This document shows positions 6,611 to 7,884 of a stretch of DNA of 7,884 bases, one piece after another (position 1 is the first letter of the stretch; each line of letters starts with the position of its first letter). A model generated the notes under the pieces. That model searched no databases and had not been told where the DNA came from. It saw only the letters and a program-made list of their open reading frames with translations. The stretch comes from Candidatus Iainarchaeum sp. (GTDB lineage Archaea > Iainarchaeota > Iainarchaeia > Iainarchaeales > CSSED10-239): assembly GCA_028693335.1 (NCBI GenBank), contig JAQUVR010000027.1, positions 1 to 7,884 of the forward strand. Reading direction: 5' to 3'. Position numbers and translations under genes: made by a program.

Positions 6611-7884
6611 AAAGAAACTGTTGATATATCTTTATTTCCAAGAAACTATGCTAATGGCAAATTAACTTTTAGAAATTCAAGTAATCAAAATATAGTTGTC
6701 TTAGGATATAAGATATTTGATGAAAACACAAGTGCTGGAGCACAAGATCTAATATTGTTAGAAGAATCTATTTTGGTAAATAATGGTGGACAATCAACCA
6801 TTGAATTTAGTAGGTTGCCTGTTGGATCTAAATTTTCTGTTCAATTATATTTAGAAAATGAAGTTTATGTAACATTAAAAAATATTTCAATTTTTCCACC
6901 AAATAATCCAGAAGAAACAGATCCACCAATAGATCCACCAGAAGAAACCTGTTTATTTGATAATTTTGATCCACAGTTATTTTTAACAAATTGGGATTTT
7001 TCTAAACTTGATAAAGGTGTGGTTGGTAATAGTTATAACTCAACAACAGATTGTCAATTAATTGCTGGAGAAGAAGGCACATATCTTGCTGTTGTAGATT
7101 ATGGTCATTTTTCTGGAAATGAAATATTAAATTGTAGTAATGATTCAACATTAAATATTGATGATAGTTTTAGTATTGAAATGATTTTAAATACTAATTA
7201 TGAAGTGCCCAATATTATAAAAATGGCAATAGGAAAAGAACACAGTTGTTTTTTATTAAATTCTAAATCTGTTGAATGTTTTGGAAATAATGCGTATGGT
7301 CAATTGGGAGATGGCAAGGAAGCATCTAGACTACACCCAAGGCCAATTGAAACAAAAGTTCCAGAACTAGAAAACATTATAGATATTGGTGCTGGAGATA
7401 ATTTTTCTTGTGCACTTACTGGAGATGGAAATATCTATTGTTGGGGTATTGGAGAAAGTGGGAGATTAGGTATTGGTTCTGAAGAGACGGCGCTATCACC
7501 TAAAAAAATAATAGAAGGAGATAAAGATATAAACTTTGTAAAATTAAGTGTTGGTGGAAGACATGCCTGTGCTGTTAGTGATGAAAAAGGAATAAAAAGT
7601 CTATATTGTTGGGGAGCTAATGATTTTGGTCAATTAGGTGTTGGATCAGAGGACCCATTCATATCAAAAATTATTCTAGTTGATCTTAAAGGAATTGTGG
7701 CAACAGATCTTAATGTGGTTAGTGGATATGCTCATACTTGTTTAAATACAATTAATGATAAAAAAGAACAAGAGTTTTTTTGTTGGGGTGATAACAGTAG
7801 GGGACAAGTTGGTATTAATTCTTTAGAACCTAAATTTAATGGACTTCAGTCACATAATAACAATAAAGTTGTAGATGTGTTTTC
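6611..7884 (+). CDS. RCC1-repeat beta-propeller surface protein body, 3'-partial, with no start codon of its own near its 5' end (continuation of 6464-6610 across the TAG; possibly a pseudogene)
   Basis: The same frame as 6464 stays open for 424 codons to the window end. Base composition predicts roughly one stop per 12 codons by chance. Modules: an Asn/Ser/Thr-rich beta-type segment (6611-6895), a PEETDPPIDPPEET hinge (6896-6949), a module with 3 Cys (6950-7210), then RCC1-like blades. The first in-frame start candidates are only TTG 6755, GTG 7019 and ATG 7181. Confidence 0.85.
7211..7884 (+). repeat. Tandem RCC1-like blade repeats (protein level, 54-58 codons each; at least 4, continuing beyond the window)
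   Basis: The signature recurs as ECFGNNAYGQLG (7274-7309), YCWGIGESGRLG (7436-7471), YCWGANDFGQLG (7604-7639) and FCWGDNSRGQVG (7778-7813). Each is preceded by a (G)xxH/FSCAL-type strand (KEHSCFL, DNFSCAL, GRHACAV, YAHTCLN). Confidence 0.75.

Noticed and set aside
6610-6638. Possible hairpin starting at the G of the TAG (GAAAGAAA ... TTTATTTC) as a read-through stimulator
   Set aside because: The stem is almost all A-U pairs with an internal mismatch. It is too weak, and too likely by chance in AT-rich sequence.
1-7884. Search by eye for tRNA/rRNA genes, CRISPR repeats, IS elements/inverted repeats, integrases, toxin-antitoxin pairs or known defence genes
   Set aside because: No GC-rich structured island appears in any intergenic gap; all gaps are 125 nt or shorter and AT-rich. 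There are no regularly spaced direct repeats, and no transposase, integrase or nuclease motifs in any frame I read.

Overview
Very AT-rich window (roughly 27-30% G+C by eye), densely coding, with nine of ten genes on the + strand. The content points to a small-genome archaeon; DPANN-like is my guess and cannot be proven here. The basis is an archaeal-type glutamyl-tRNA synthetase and two proteins carrying archaeal class III (pilin-type) signal-peptide helices. Gene order: 5'-partial pilin-like protein; thioredoxin-fold protein whose CxxC reads SNQC; small 2-TM ORF; GluRS; MBL-fold hydrolase; HAD hydrolase (- strand); GNAT acetyltransferase; DisA-type diadenylate cyclase; 73-aa 2-TM ORF; then a pilin-signal-peptide / RCC1 beta-propeller gene that runs off the 3' end. 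That last gene is split by an in-frame TAG at 6608-6610, which, together with its running off the 3' end, probably explains why neither part is in the supplied ORF track. I see no tRNA/rRNA, CRISPR array, transposase/integrase or long nucleotide repeat, and no recognisable multi-gene defence or mobile system. Four things deserve a second look: the interrupted pilin-RCC1 surface protein, a bacterial-style DisA in an archaeal context with a tiny membrane ORF behind it, the monothiol thioredoxin-like protein, and a marked excess of GATC/AGATCT sites. All functional calls come from motif recognition by eye; no database search was run.
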